Below, one piece after another: positions 29,169 to 39,945 of a DNA stretch of 64,000 nucleotides (its first letter is position 1; every line of letters begins with the position of its first letter). The stretch comes from Thermoplasmatota archaeon (lineage in GTDB: Archaea; Thermoplasmatota; Thermoplasmata; Lutacidiplasmatales; JAMCUS01). The notes under the pieces were generated by a model that was not told the DNA's origin, did no database searches, and worked only from the letters and a program-made list of their open reading frames with translations. The stretch lies in assembly GCA_023379385.1 (NCBI GenBank), contig JAMCUS010000027.1:11640-75639 (forward strand), in the 5' to 3' direction. Both the position numbers and the translations under genes were made by a program.

Positions 29169-30011
29169 TGCAAATGTCAATCAAATCATATAAACTGTTT
29201 AACCCCAAAAGAATGGGTTAAAAGTCAGGTTGGAATTTGGGAATTTGCTTACGAAAAAAGGGATATAAGAGATAAAAGCGTACACCCTGCTGTATTTCCG
29301 ATAGGTTTACCAAAAAGAGTCATACAGCTATTTACACATGAAGGCGAATTAGTATTAGATCCATTTGCTGGTATAGGCACTACATTAGTAGCAGCAGCTG
29401 ACACTAATAGAAATGCAGTAGGATTTGATATAAATAAAGAGTATGTGGAGTATGCAAAAAAAAGACTTCTCCAATCCAGAATATCTAGCTTTACAAAAGG
29501 CAACCCTATTCAGATTCCAATAGCTGCAGATGCAAGAGACAGTATTAATTATTTTGAAAATGAGTCTATATCGCTAATAGTGACATCTACACCATACGCA
29601 GATATGTTAAACAGGTCAAGAAAGAGCAAAAGCATGCGAGGTACAACTAGAGAAAATGAACATTATGGTAAAAATCAACAGTATTCTAATGACCATAGAG
29701 ATTTGGGTATACTTCCATCAAAAATTTTTGCAAAAGAGCTTGCTCAAATCTACAAAAGCATGTTGCCGCTATTGAAACAAAAAGGTCATGCCGTTATAAA
29801 TATAAATGATCCTTGGATTGATGCTATTAAATATGGTAGAAGAGAACCATTGCATTCTTACATAATTGAGGAAATGAATGAAGTAGGCTACGAATTAAGA
29901 AATGTCCTAATATGGGATAAGAGAAACTTAGTAAACGGTGTTGGTATATTCGGTTGGCCTAATAATTATATTAAACTAGGTACTACATTTGAATATATCT
30001 TGGACTTTTGA
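29151..30011 (+). pseudogene. DNA N6-adenine/N4-cytosine methyltransferase (PF01555-type), circularly permuted with motif I ahead of motif IV; the open frame has no start codon upstream of motif I
   Basis: The frame is open from 29151, just after a stop inside repeat A. It encodes ...HPAVFPIGLPKRVIQLFTHEGELVLDPFAGIGTT (FxGxG motif I), then SLIVTSTPYADM (S/DPPY-type motif IV), then LIWDK. The first ATG/GTG/TTG is at 29445, downstream of motif I. Confidence 0.55.
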
Positions 30012-30028
30012 AAGCCGCAGAAACTGGT

Positions 30029-30370
30029 TTAGACTATTTTCTTTCTATTACCAAAACAAAGTTCCAATTTGTTTGGACTTACTCTAAAACAGGTTCCATG
30101 GTCATGTGTTTTACCGTTCGCATATTGGCCGATTCTTACATCTACTAATATTATACCTTGTTTAAGCAATTTTATGAAATTTACAAAACTAAAACCACTT
30201 AACAACCATGCTTCATTATACCAAAACTCTTCATTAGACCCTTTGCCCCTGCTCTCGGCTTTTACATACATAATTTTTGGTAGTTTCCTCTCAAAAGACC
30301 TCATCAATGTATTCTTGTCCCAGTATCCATATTCTTTTCTCCCGAAATCTAACCCGAGTTTGGACATCAA
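30029..30370 (-). CDS. hypothetical protein convergent with the methyltransferase; possibly a truncated restriction-endonuclease partner
   Basis: 113-aa ORF whose N-terminus abuts the repeat-B junction. No diagnostic motif. The restriction-endonuclease link is positional only. Confidence 0.25.
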   Translation of the reverse strand: MMSKLGLDFGRKEYGYWDKNTLMRSFERKLPKIMYVKAESRGKGSNEEFWYNEAWLLSGFSFVNFIKLLKQGIILVDVRIGQYANGKTHDHGTCFRVSPNKLELCFGNRKKIV

Positions 30371-30490
30371 TCAAAAAATAGTTCGTACTGGCATAGATGA
30401 TAATTTGTAGTATTAATTAAAATTAATTCGGAACCAGGGCATCTATCTTAAGTATTTTAACTATCTCCTTTTCTTCCACCCCCATTCTCT
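30359..30490. repeat. repeat B copy 1 (~135 bp), extending into the transposase C-terminal coding region
   Basis: aacccgagtttggacatcaatcaaaaaatagttcgtactggcatagatgataatttgtagtattaattaaaattaattcgg... matches 36365-36500. Confidence 0.8.
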
Positions 30491-31022
30491 CCAGTTTGAA
30501 TCTGACATCGTTATCATTTATTATTAATCCTCCCAGCCTTATTTGTTTCAGTATCGATACCATTCTGCCCATTGGCATGCTCTCTCCTCTAACCACCTCT
30601 ATTTTCCACTGTATGTATCTGTAAAACAGCAGTCCCATCACACACATGAACGTGTGTGCTCTGATCCGTTTATCAAGTCTATGGTATATTGGCATTACTG
30701 GAAAGAGAAGTACATCTTTCAGTATGTGGTAATCCTCTTCCATTCCACTCCTCGCAAAATAGGTTCTAACGATCCTTTCATTACTCCAATCTTTCCTGTC
30801 TGTGAATATTACTGTCTTCCCGAATCCACTCCTCTTCTCTTTCTCGGCTTCCTTATCTATCCAGTATGTTAATTTCACTCCATTATCTCCAGCAGCACTG
30901 CCCTCTATCGTGTTTCCTGCATGATACCGGAACAGACTCCTCCACTTCTCCGGTATCAGTGCTATCACCCTCCTGTTAATACTCTCTATTGATGATGGCC
31001 TGCCTCTACGGTTCGCATTCAT
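30423..31022 (-). pseudogene. IS4-family transposase C-terminal fragment (199 aa; N-terminal half missing)
   Basis: Carries the IS4 Y-(2)-R-(3)-E-(6)-K signature as YFARSGMEEDYHILK. No upstream coding continuation. Homologous remnants lie at 36432..36632 and 57325..57585. Confidence 0.6.
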
Positions 31023-31324
31023 TGATCTTGCTATCTCTTCACATCCCTTTATAAATCGTCTCTTTGCATTCTCGTAATCAATGATCTATTATGATATACA
31101 CAGCCGGTTATTTTTCCATTTTTAGAAAACATCTTTTGAACTGGTGAAATTACCTATTTTACTGGCTATTTTTATTTTATGAAACCATACAAATCATATT
31201 TAAATAAGATGCAGGAGAACTATCTATACAGGTGAAGAATTATGGAACCCGCAACGTACCCGTATTTACCGATTGTGTATGATGTTGATTAATAGACCTG
31301 TTCGCCAACCCCTTTTTTATTTTT

Positions 31325-32356
31325 TTATTTTATGTTTTTGAGGATGCCTAGGCTCTCATCCGTTATACGCATTGATTTATATTTATCCTTTTCTAGTTCA
31401 AACATTGAACGTATTGCATCAATATTTTCAGGAATAACTATGGATTCCTGATGTACCGCCTGGTAATAGTATATTTTACTTCCTATGATGTTAATTCCGT
31501 CACTCCATACACCATTTTCCATCATATCACCCCTGTAAAATGCGTTGTCTTTTGCAAATTCCATTATCTGTGCAGTACCAAAAATATGTTCCCATCCGTT
31601 GAATAATCGTATTCTTTCCGTTGATTCGAATGCACTTATAATATCACTGACTGTGACACCCTTTTTTTTACAGGTAACTATAACGGAGTGCAGATGCATT
31701 AACGTGGTTGGTGCCTTTATGGCCATGGTTTCTATATCAATATTCCCCATAACAGATTGTACATCAGGTCCGTGATGGGATGGAACCTTGAGAGATGGTT
31801 CAAGTGAGTTAATTGGCCCTTTTTCAGTTTCTGCAGGGTCTGAGGCTCTCCTCACTATCACAGCTGTGATATGTGATATATCAAAATTTTTATGAATTGC
31901 GTATAGTGTTCTGCATAATGCTGTCGTATTACATGATACAACCCTAACAAATTTTTTTCCAAACGCCGCTTCATAGTTCACCAGTGCATTGAATGATGCA
32001 TCGGCTATGCTGGCTTTTTCACCTCCCTGCCATATTGCTTTGAGATCACTGTATTTTAAATAAATATCTTTGTTTTCTTTTCCTATTTTTTCAGGTGTTG
32101 TATCTACAACGATATCCGCTGATTCCAGAATATCCTCCAGTCTACCATCAACCTTTATTCCTGCCTTAATAAAATCATCTTTAACTCCTTTGCCAGATAC
32201 GTAAAGCGGATAGCCTTTATCAACAGCCATTTTGGCCTGATACGAAGGTCGCGTTTTGGTTACACCAATGAGCTCCATATCATCCTGTTTTGTTATAGCA
32301 TCTGCAACCCTTTTGCCTATGGTACCATACCCGTTAACAACTACCTTTACCTTCAT
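31325..32356 (-). CDS. gap: glyceraldehyde-3-phosphate dehydrogenase, archaeal type
   Basis: N-terminal MKVKVVVNGYGTIGKRVADAI Rossmann motif. The catalytic Cys lies in the VVSCNTTAL context. The 343-aa length matches archaeal GAPDH. Confidence 0.75.
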   Translation of the reverse strand: MKVKVVVNGYGTIGKRVADAITKQDDMELIGVTKTRPSYQAKMAVDKGYPLYVSGKGVKDDFIKAGIKVDGRLEDILESADIVVDTTPEKIGKENKDIYLKYSDLKAIWQGGEKASIADASFNALVNYEAAFGKKFVRVVSCNTTALCRTLYAIHKNFDISHITAVIVRRASDPAETEKGPINSLEPSLKVPSHHGPDVQSVMGNIDIETMAIKAPTTLMHLHSVIVTCKKKGVTVSDIISAFESTERIRLFNGWEHIFGTAQIMEFAKDNAFYRGDMMENGVWSDGINIIGSKIYYYQAVHQESIVIPENIDAIRSMFELEKDKYKSMRITDESLGILKNIK

Positions 32357-32455
32357 AAATCTTTAATTTGATTTATACATTAAAATCTTTTCATTACTTT
32401 ATCGTAAAACGTAAAAATAGACCACATCATTAATATATGAATTAAAATATTAAAA

Positions 32456-33031
32456 TCAATGTGTTTTATACATGTCTAATCTGTTATGTATTACTGTTAT
32501 ACACTGATCAGCATGAAGAGAGATAGGCGATATGGATACAGTATTAATGGCATATCTGTTAATAATTTTCTCTTCGTCTGCGCTAAGATCCATACTATCA
32601 CCTAAGACAAAAAGAGACTCTTCAGATAAAGGATCGTAACCTCCACCCTCTTTCAAATATATAACTGACACCTTTGCTGATTTCAAAATATCTTCAATTG
32701 ACCACCTATAAAGAGTAATACCAGGATGGTATTCTTTGCCCGTTACCTGATATGAAGTGAATTCTTTAAAAATATTTCTGATTATGGATGCAGTAGATCT
32801 TTCGTCTGGATTTATAAATTTCAATGATGAGCCATCCATTTTAATAGTCAGCTTATCCGTTGCAAAGTATATATAAAGAATGGTATCAGTTCTTATGCCA
32901 TTTGAAACAAGAAAACAATTCTTGATAACATGGCACAATATGTCAATTCTACCATGGTCACCTGCAAGTGAATTGAGTGAAAAGTCGCCATTCACCTTTA
33001 CGGTATGTGAAACAAGAAGAAAAGATCTCAT
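32456..33031 (-). CDS. trmY: SPOUT-class tRNA (pseudouridine54-N1)-methyltransferase TrmY-like (COG1901)
   Basis: 191 aa. LNSLAGDHGRIDILCHVI..., NPDERS and the C-terminal SISPISLHADQCITVIHNRLD fit the TrmY family pattern as I recall it. Confidence 0.5.
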   Translation of the reverse strand: MRSFLLVSHTVKVNGDFSLNSLAGDHGRIDILCHVIKNCFLVSNGIRTDTILYIYFATDKLTIKMDGSSLKFINPDERSTASIIRNIFKEFTSYQVTGKEYHPGITLYRWSIEDILKSAKVSVIYLKEGGGYDPLSEESLFVLGDSMDLSADEEKIINRYAINTVSISPISLHADQCITVIHNRLDMYKTH

Positions 33032-33498
33032 AACTCTTCTTTATTTCCATTTGTAATGATATTCTGTTGTAGCCATAGCTCTTCAGATATATCTTCATAA
33101 ACAGATCTTAAATTTTCTATTTCATCCGGTTCCGTAACCATTTTATTTGACTTTATGAGATCCTCAATTCTCTCTTTTTTAAATACCCAGTAATGGATTC
33201 GCCATTCTCTGCCATCATAAAGAGTTGTTTCTTCCCGTTCCGTTAAAAGGATACCATGGTCCTCAAGCATATAGAAGAGATCTCTATCCTCAGGTTCAAG
33301 TATATTATCAAGTATCCTGTCATCGAATCCAAAAAAATTCATTATATGATATGCCGTTTCAAAGGCACCCACATCCATCATATTTTTATTATTAATGCTA
33401 TTTTTTATGGCTACTGCCAGTAAAGGTACTGTTACGGTGCTATTTTTTGTAAGAGAGATGTCTACACTTTTACTTTTCTTTACTTTTTTCTTGCTCAT
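33028..33498 (-). CDS. hypothetical protein, translationally coupled to trmY by a 4-nt overlap
   Basis: 156-aa ORF, acidic, no motif recognised. Confidence 0.35.
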   Translation of the reverse strand: MSKKKVKKSKSVDISLTKNSTVTVPLLAVAIKNSINNKNMMDVGAFETAYHIMNFFGFDDRILDNILEPEDRDLFYMLEDHGILLTEREETTLYDGREWRIHYWVFKKERIEDLIKSNKMVTEPDEIENLRSVYEDISEELWLQQNIITNGNKEEL

Positions 33499-33592
33499 AT
33501 ATAAATATGTAGTGTAGGAAGTAAAATAAATAGTTTATCCATCATTTTCATAAAATTTTTGATATTTTACAGATTATTTCTAAAGTTGATAA

Positions 33593-33817
33593 TTACGTGC
33601 TATATTTTTTCTTTGCTTCTGCAATGGATGAGATACTATCAAGTTCTCTTTTTCTCATCTCAATTTCTTCAAGTTCTTCAATCCTCCTTCTTATGGCATC
33701 CACAACAAACTCTGTTACAGACCTCATACCACTTTCTGGATACCTTCCTATAAACAATTCTACTCTATTTAAAAGATCCTCTGGTAAAGTAACACTTTTA
33801 TATCCTTTTTGCGGCAT
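33593..33817 (-). CDS. small ribbon-helix-helix (CopG/NikR-like) DNA-binding protein
   Basis: 74 aa. The N-terminal KSVTLPEDLLNRVELFIGRYPESGMRSVTEFVVDAIRRRIEEL fits the beta-strand plus two-helix RHH layout. Confidence 0.45.
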   Translation of the reverse strand: MPQKGYKSVTLPEDLLNRVELFIGRYPESGMRSVTEFVVDAIRRRIEELEEIEMRKRELDSISSIAEAKKKYST

Positions 33818-34070
33818 AACAACCCCATACTACATCAACCTTCTGGATTTTTATAGTTTCTACGGTTATTAAATAGTTTAAAAACCGTAAAAATTAAATA
33901 GATAAATATAATATAATAATTAGAGGAGAGAAGTATGAAGGGGTACAGGTCGGCAAGGGAGGTCAGTCAAGGGGCTTCTTTCCTCACATTTAACACTGTT
34001 AGTTAAAAATTCCCCTTTCCTAGGATAGGGGTTGAAAGTGAACTAAAGATTTTCATCTTAAAATGATAAT

Positions 34071-35819
34071 TTAAGTTAAACATTTAAGTTTCCAGTTGCT
34101 TTTTATAACGACGGTATTTCCTATAAAATCACCAAATCTCTGCCTCCATACACCCTTTTTCATAAAGCTATACGGTATAACAACAGTCAATAATAATAAC
34201 AACATTATAAAAATAACAATGTTGATAACGATCTGTACAATGGTTATGGGAGAATTGTTTAAAGCGAAAAATAACAGATCCATGGTGATTGCGCTATCTG
34301 TAGATATTGCAAATAAAAGATATAACATAGGCAACCTTGTGATATTCCTTGTGAGTGATTGTACAAAGCCAATCGATCTGTAGGTGATTGCCCTTACCTC
34401 CAGATTCATGAAATATTTACCCATACTTTTTCCAAAGCTGTACTCAGAAAGTATCACATATATAATAAACAGAGATGTATAGAAAAGCATTATAAGATTA
34501 AATTGAATTGTTTGAATAAAGTTAGTTATATTTGCAAATGGTAACCCCTTCATCTTGAATAGTAAAATCAGGAACAGAGGCACTGTAAATATTACTATAT
34601 CTATTGCATTCGCAATAAATCGATCTTTAAAATTTGCAAGGATATACCTGCCTTTAAATTCATCTAATAAGGATATCATGTGTATAGATGCTCTATAAAC
34701 ATCGTAAGCATTCTCATAATTATATGTTTTTGAGTCGTAGATATTGGACATATTATAATAATCCCCACTGTTAAAATATTTTATTGGTATTATGTTTGAT
34801 AGATCATTGATAGAAAATGAAGAGGTCATCTGCATAAATTCATTGAGTATAACATCAAGTGCCTTTTTAGAATAATCCATGGATTCTTTATATTTTCCAT
34901 ATTTAAGAGAGGATAACGCATTGGTAAGATAAATGGATCTGGATACAATACCATTTTCCTCCTCTGATAATCTATTTTCACTGTTTATTTTATTCCAGCG
35001 TATGAATAAAAGTGTTATAGCGAAGGATATCAGACCTGCCTGAAACACCATATCCATAGGTCCAGCACCACCTATAGAACCTATAATTGATATTTTAGGG
35101 CCGTACAGAGATGGCTGGTGAAATATATCAGCACCGGTAAGTACCCCTATAGTGGATGAAAAATAGGATGCAAGGGTTGTCCTCATATTGTCCTTACGCC
35201 ATATGAATAAAGAGATGAAAGATGCAGCAATTGAGGGCATGAGATAGTACGGAAATGATGATTCAATTCCCTGAGATGGTACAACAACTGTTATGGAATA
35301 TGTTAAAAAAGCGATAAATTCAAGAAGAATCATAGAAGCTATTAAATCAACTTTTTTTGTAAAAAAGGGTATTATAGAGATGTCTAAAATAGCTGTGAAT
35401 ATCAGGCAGTAAAGTGGTATGTTTGAGTAAAGTACATTTATGAATGGAGAGTTTTCGTATATGAATATGAACAGATTTCCCACTACAAATATGACAACCC
35501 CTGCAATAAAAAATATGTAATCAGATTTAGAATCAAATATCTTTTTGATGAATATATATGAAAGGGTGAGGGGAATAATAGCTCCACCAATATTTATAGC
35601 TATTATTGTATGGTCCATTCCAAAAATGGGTATATTACCCAAAAACCCAAAAAAAGAACCTACAACAAGGAAAGAAATAGTTACTCTTGTTAAGCCCCAC
35701 TTGGAAGATAATGATCCATAATCAATAACAAAAGAATAAATAACTATGAATGAGATCAGTGGAATGAGAATAAAGGATATATTTTCAACGATATAATATA
35801 ACATGCCTATAGGATTCAT
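34071..35819 (-). CDS. polytopic integral membrane protein of unknown function
   Basis: 582 aa with more than 12 hydrophobic segments. Confidence 0.45.
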   Translation of the reverse strand: MNPIGMLYYIVENISFILIPLISFIVIYSFVIDYGSLSSKWGLTRVTISFLVVGSFFGFLGNIPIFGMDHTIIAINIGGAIIPLTLSYIFIKKIFDSKSDYIFFIAGVVIFVVGNLFIFIYENSPFINVLYSNIPLYCLIFTAILDISIIPFFTKKVDLIASMILLEFIAFLTYSITVVVPSQGIESSFPYYLMPSIAASFISLFIWRKDNMRTTLASYFSSTIGVLTGADIFHQPSLYGPKISIIGSIGGAGPMDMVFQAGLISFAITLLFIRWNKINSENRLSEEENGIVSRSIYLTNALSSLKYGKYKESMDYSKKALDVILNEFMQMTSSFSINDLSNIIPIKYFNSGDYYNMSNIYDSKTYNYENAYDVYRASIHMISLLDEFKGRYILANFKDRFIANAIDIVIFTVPLFLILLFKMKGLPFANITNFIQTIQFNLIMLFYTSLFIIYVILSEYSFGKSMGKYFMNLEVRAITYRSIGFVQSLTRNITRLPMLYLLFAISTDSAITMDLLFFALNNSPITIVQIVINIVIFIMLLLLLTVVIPYSFMKKGVWRQRFGDFIGNTVVIKSNWKLKCLT

Positions 35820-35968
35820 TGAGCTTTATATGCATTTTGATCTATATAGTTATTGGCGTTGGCTATGCCAAAATTAATGATAATGCATTACATTGATAAT
35901 GATGGATCATTTGCATATTTTCCTAAGGTGTTGTGCATAAATAACACGGCAAAGATTAATACCCCGTA

Positions 35969-36084
35969 GTAGACAGGCTGTAATGGAATACCAAAAACAG
36001 TCTATTTTAACACTAAAAAACATTTTTGGGTGTGAATTTTTGAGGTATATCTCCCCTAAATTCTATTCTCTTACACCCCGTAGA
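35969..36084. mobile_element. MITE-like element, copy II (reverse orientation, more diverged termini)
   Basis: Left end tagacaggctgtaatgg. Core ggaataccaaaaacagtctattttaacactaaaaaacatttttgggtgtgaatttttgagg is the reverse complement of 57735-57815. Confidence 0.55.
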
Positions 36085-36120
36085 CACATCGTAAAATCCA
36101 GGTTATACGTGTCATGCTAA

Positions 36121-36225
36121 TAAGGCATTGTAAATATATAATGTGAACATTTACAACATAAGAACTTATTTGTCAAAATTTGATATAAATAATCATCTAA
36201 TTAAATTACAGTTCCTAAGCATTCT
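36121..36225. repeat. repeat A copy 2
   Basis: Near-identical to 29073-29168. Confidence 0.85.
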
Positions 36226-36364
36226 CTGAACCGATAGGGAACGGTATAGAGGGTACAGCATTGTACCTATGAAGTTTAAGCATCTTTGAATTTGACAAGA
36301 TGATAACTTCCAAAGGTGGTTGTTAACATGGTTAACAAAAATCATAACCTTGCTACTCAAACCC

Positions 36365-36500
36365 AAGTTTGGACGTCAATCAAAAAATACTTCGTACTGG
36401 CATACGTAGTAACCTGTAGTATTAATTAAAATTAATTCGTAGCTAAAGCATCTATATTAAGTGTTTTGATTATCTCCTTTTCTTCCACCCCCATGTTCTC
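36365..36500. repeat. repeat B copy 2
   Basis: Matches 30359-30490. Confidence 0.8.
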
Positions 36501-36632
36501 CTGTCTGATCTTATCAGTAGTACCCAAATAAATATTCATAGTAACCTTAAGCTTGCCATTGACACGTTCAGTTTTTCTGAGGTGGTAGTGAACAGTATCA
36601 TTTGGTTTTTTCAAATCCCAAATAAAGGTCAC
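36432..36632 (-). pseudogene. IS4-family transposase terminal remnant (66 aa)
   Basis: C-terminal MGVEEKEIIKTLNIDALATN matches MGVEEKEIVKILKIDALVPN of 30423..31022. Confidence 0.5.
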
Positions 36633-36814
36633 GAATAAGTAATGATAATACTATAAATAATCTATTATGGAGTAATGCATAGTGAAAATAATTATCAAAA
36701 AGGTAATACTATAAACGCTCACGCTCAATTCATGATGAATTTATTTTACCATGTCCAAGCTCAGGTCAAAATAACTCAAAAAGTAGAACTTGCCATTCCA
36801 TAACAAAGAGTGCA

Positions 36815-38080
36815 TTAGTGACTGATAGTGGCATATCTCAGTAGGGCACCTAGACCATTAAATGCTTTGTAAAACATCTCTCCTTCATCAAAGTCCGCAG
36901 ATATCATCTCAACTTTAGTTCCGTATTTATCCGCCAGTGTATATATTGAGTCAATAAAATCCTGATTCTCTGTTATGGTCATTGTGCCATCGCATCTACT
37001 GCATTTTATAGACGGCTCCATTTTTTTGGTTGTATCTGTAATAGATACTTTTTCAATACTGTTACAGATGTTACAACGATAGGTTACAATGCCTTTTCTT
37101 ATGTTTTCCGATATAAAAACAGAATCTACAATTCCTTTTGATATGGATTCAATTACCTCTTTTTCACCATATATTGCCAGACCACTACCTTTTTTTATCT
37201 CTAAAAGAAAATGTTCAATCATATGTTTTTCTTTTGTTATATCCAGATCAGCCAATATATTTACAGATTTTTCAACTACTTCTCTGAGACCATATTCGTC
37301 AGTGTATCCGACATCTATCAGTGGCAATAGCACTTTTTTCTGAAGTTCATAATGCAGATAATTTTCACTCAAAAAAAAATCTTTGGTGGGGCCAGGTCCA
37401 CCCAGTAAAATACCCTTCAAGCTGTCTTTGACTGGAAGGAAGGCATCTTCGGCTAGTGTAGCTACATTTACAAAAAAAGCATGAGCTGCCTGTTCTATAA
37501 GCCTTTCAAATCTGTGTTGTGATTGACCCCCTCTTCCATGCTTACTGGGAACCATTGACTGTTTATTTTTTATGGGTATAATTCTGGTTCCTTTCAAAAA
37601 ACCTAAAGTAACCTCCTTTCTATCCATAACAATTAAGCCGTAAACATCCTTTATATCAGTCATTACCTCAAGTGGTTCAACGTAAAAAAAGGAATCACAT
37701 CTGTACATATATGTATTTATGGGCTCAATTGGCTCTATAACATAGGATACCGGCTCAGTCTGATCACTGGATACAGCTTTATTGCCCACGAAAAATACAA
37801 TTCCATTTGGAGGCGGTTCCTTATAAACTTTGACCTTGTTTATTAAAGATTCAATTGCCCACATCACATTTTTTCTGGTGACACGTGATTTTATATTAGA
37901 TGATTGCGAGTATTCGTTTCTTAAATAGGCAACGACATCAGAAATCTGCCTACCAGGTGGAACGTAAAGAGAGATGAGCTCGGTAGCTCTACCTTTACAT
38001 TTTTCTACCTCTTCTAGTTTCCTTTTCAACATATACCTCTGATGTTGACTGATAACTGGTAATTTTGACGACATAAACAT
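36815..38080 (-). CDS. prf1: peptide chain release factor aRF1
   Basis: 421 aa with the GGQ motif (HGRGGQSQ) and an NIKS-like region near the N-terminus. Confidence 0.8.
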   Translation of the reverse strand: MFMSSKLPVISQHQRYMLKRKLEEVEKCKGRATELISLYVPPGRQISDVVAYLRNEYSQSSNIKSRVTRKNVMWAIESLINKVKVYKEPPPNGIVFFVGNKAVSSDQTEPVSYVIEPIEPINTYMYRCDSFFYVEPLEVMTDIKDVYGLIVMDRKEVTLGFLKGTRIIPIKNKQSMVPSKHGRGGQSQHRFERLIEQAAHAFFVNVATLAEDAFLPVKDSLKGILLGGPGPTKDFFLSENYLHYELQKKVLLPLIDVGYTDEYGLREVVEKSVNILADLDITKEKHMIEHFLLEIKKGSGLAIYGEKEVIESISKGIVDSVFISENIRKGIVTYRCNICNSIEKVSITDTTKKMEPSIKCSRCDGTMTITENQDFIDSIYTLADKYGTKVEMISADFDEGEMFYKAFNGLGALLRYATISH

Positions 38081-38511
38081 TACATATATTTTTTTATACG
38101 TGCCTCAATAACAGAACCTGGGTAAGCTCCTACAATCTTATCAGCAAGTTTTCCATCTTTAAATATGAGTAGTGTTGGTATACCCATAATGCCCATATTT
38201 ACCGCTGTGCTTTGATTATCATCTGTATTTAATTTTCCTACGGATAGCTTTCCACTATACTTTTTTGCAATCTGATCTACCACTGGGGCTACGGCCCTGC
38301 ATGGCGCACACCAGGGTGCCCAGCAATCTATAAGAACAAGCGGATGCTCGGAAATGAATTTATTAAATGTTTTATCCGACAGTTCCGTTATCAGGGATAC
38401 ACTAACCTTATCAGTTTTATCACCACTATTCTTCTTCAAATCGTTCATCAATCTTTTGAGTTTTTCAGCTCTTATACGCTCAATCTCCTGATCAGTATTG
38501 TTGTTATTCAT
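38080..38511 (-). CDS. trx: thioredoxin
   Basis: WAPWCAPCR (CxxC) in a thioredoxin-sized protein with a basic N-terminal extension. Confidence 0.7.
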   Translation of the reverse strand: MNNNNTDQEIERIRAEKLKRLMNDLKKNSGDKTDKVSVSLITELSDKTFNKFISEHPLVLIDCWAPWCAPCRAVAPVVDQIAKKYSGKLSVGKLNTDDNQSTAVNMGIMGIPTLLIFKDGKLADKIVGAYPGSVIEARIKKYM

Positions 38512-38537
38512 TATAAATCACCATTCCATTGATAAGG

Positions 38538-39836
38538 TTATTTAGATATAATACGTTTTCTTGTCTTATCTAAAAGTGAAGGTTTACTATCTTTGCCTGC
38601 ACCATGCACACTGGTCTTATACCCACAATCCGTGCATTCAAAGACGCCAGGGGATACTTCACTGAAATTATTATGCCCACACGCAGGGCACGGAGGGGGG
38701 GTTAATTTCTTAGGGGGCTGTGTTTTTATAACAGGAGGGGGGGCTTCTCTACTGGAGACACCAGTCTGTTTAGGTGATGATTGCGACAGCATCTGCTGCT
38801 GGAGACCTCTCCATGTATCTTTGACGTTGCCCTCTGCCTTTGTTGCCTGTATCAATTTTTTTTCAATGGACCTATTTAAAACATCAATACTCTCTATGAA
38901 CAGCTTTTTTGCCTCTTTAGAGTCAACAGCCCTTGACGCCTGTTCTTTAAATCTCTGCGCCCTTACAATTTCATTTGCGTCTACACCCATATACTGTGCT
39001 TTTTCCTGAAGCTTCTGAATCTCTGTTAAAAGTACCAATAACTGATCATCCTCTGCGACTCTATTTTCATCGGGTATTTTGTTTACCTCTTTGGCATCTG
39101 CTGCAGCAGGTATATCGTCATATTGGGGAGGGCTGACAGAACTTTCTACTTTAATTGGATTTACAGAAACGCCAGATTTATCGCGTACCGTTTGCTTCAT
39201 AAGTAATTCCTCTCTACCCAGGACAGCTTTCCGTTTAGCAATAAGCTCCTCTTCCAAAATATCAAGTTCTTTTTGCCTGTTATTAAGTTTATCTCTTATA
39301 TTTTTGATAAGGATTTCTGATTCTATTAGCTCCTTTTCACGTGTTAACAAGTTTTGCTCCTTTTCCTTTAACGAATATTCAAAATTCTGTAATTCATTCT
39401 CTTTTTTTAACAATTCATCCTCTTTGGGTTTAATTGAAAGTATCCTCTTTTCAATTTCTATATCCATATTTTTTTTGTCATTTTCCATATTTACATTTCT
39501 GTCAAATAACTCTTTCTCCTTGAGATCAAGTATTTTTTCTTTATCAGATAGCTCCCTTTCCCTTTTATCAAGAGTTGTCTGCTTTTCTTCTAAAAATTTT
39601 ATGCCTTCCTCAGCCCTTTTCTTGGCATCCTCACTCTGTTTTGCAACCTCTAAAATTTCTCGCTTTTGATTATCAACCTCAATAGAAAGTTTTTTTAATT
39701 CCTCCTTCTCTTTAATTAAAGAATCGATAAAGGCCTTTAATCGTTCCTGTGCGATAGAAAAATCTTTGATATACTGTTCATATGTAGAAATAAGATCTTC
39801 ACTACTCGTCTCCACACTATCATCCACCATTTGCAT
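38538..39836 (-). CDS. long coiled-coil protein with a C-terminal zinc ribbon (CPACG-x17-CTDCG)
   Basis: 432 aa, highly charged (E/K/L-rich heptad-like) from residue ~20 to ~270. A Pro-rich linker follows, then CPACGHNNFSEVSPGVFECTDCGYKT. Confidence 0.5.
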   Translation of the reverse strand: MQMVDDSVETSSEDLISTYEQYIKDFSIAQERLKAFIDSLIKEKEELKKLSIEVDNQKREILEVAKQSEDAKKRAEEGIKFLEEKQTTLDKRERELSDKEKILDLKEKELFDRNVNMENDKKNMDIEIEKRILSIKPKEDELLKKENELQNFEYSLKEKEQNLLTREKELIESEILIKNIRDKLNNRQKELDILEEELIAKRKAVLGREELLMKQTVRDKSGVSVNPIKVESSVSPPQYDDIPAAADAKEVNKIPDENRVAEDDQLLVLLTEIQKLQEKAQYMGVDANEIVRAQRFKEQASRAVDSKEAKKLFIESIDVLNRSIEKKLIQATKAEGNVKDTWRGLQQQMLSQSSPKQTGVSSREAPPPVIKTQPPKKLTPPPCPACGHNNFSEVSPGVFECTDCGYKTSVHGAGKDSKPSLLDKTRKRIISK

Positions 39837-39945
39837 AACACCTTATCCTTTATTTTTATCAAAATAATACGAGATATTAATAGGAAAGGATTATTACTTT
39901 AAAAGTTTATCGTATCGCATAAAGGGTATAAAAAGAAGATGATTT

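Noticed and set aside
33900-34030. GC-rich stretch ggggtacaggtcggcaagggaggtcagtcaaggggcttc tested as a tRNA or 5S rRNA
   Set aside because: No cloverleaf with proper acceptor and T-arm pairing could be drawn, and the 5S signature CCGAAC is absent. It is left unannotated and could be a short leader peptide or ncRNA.
39079-39669. 196-aa plus-strand Ser-rich ORF
   Set aside because: It is antisense to the coiled-coil gene, and its poly-Ser/Phe composition is the reverse-complement shadow of the E/K/L-rich coding strand.
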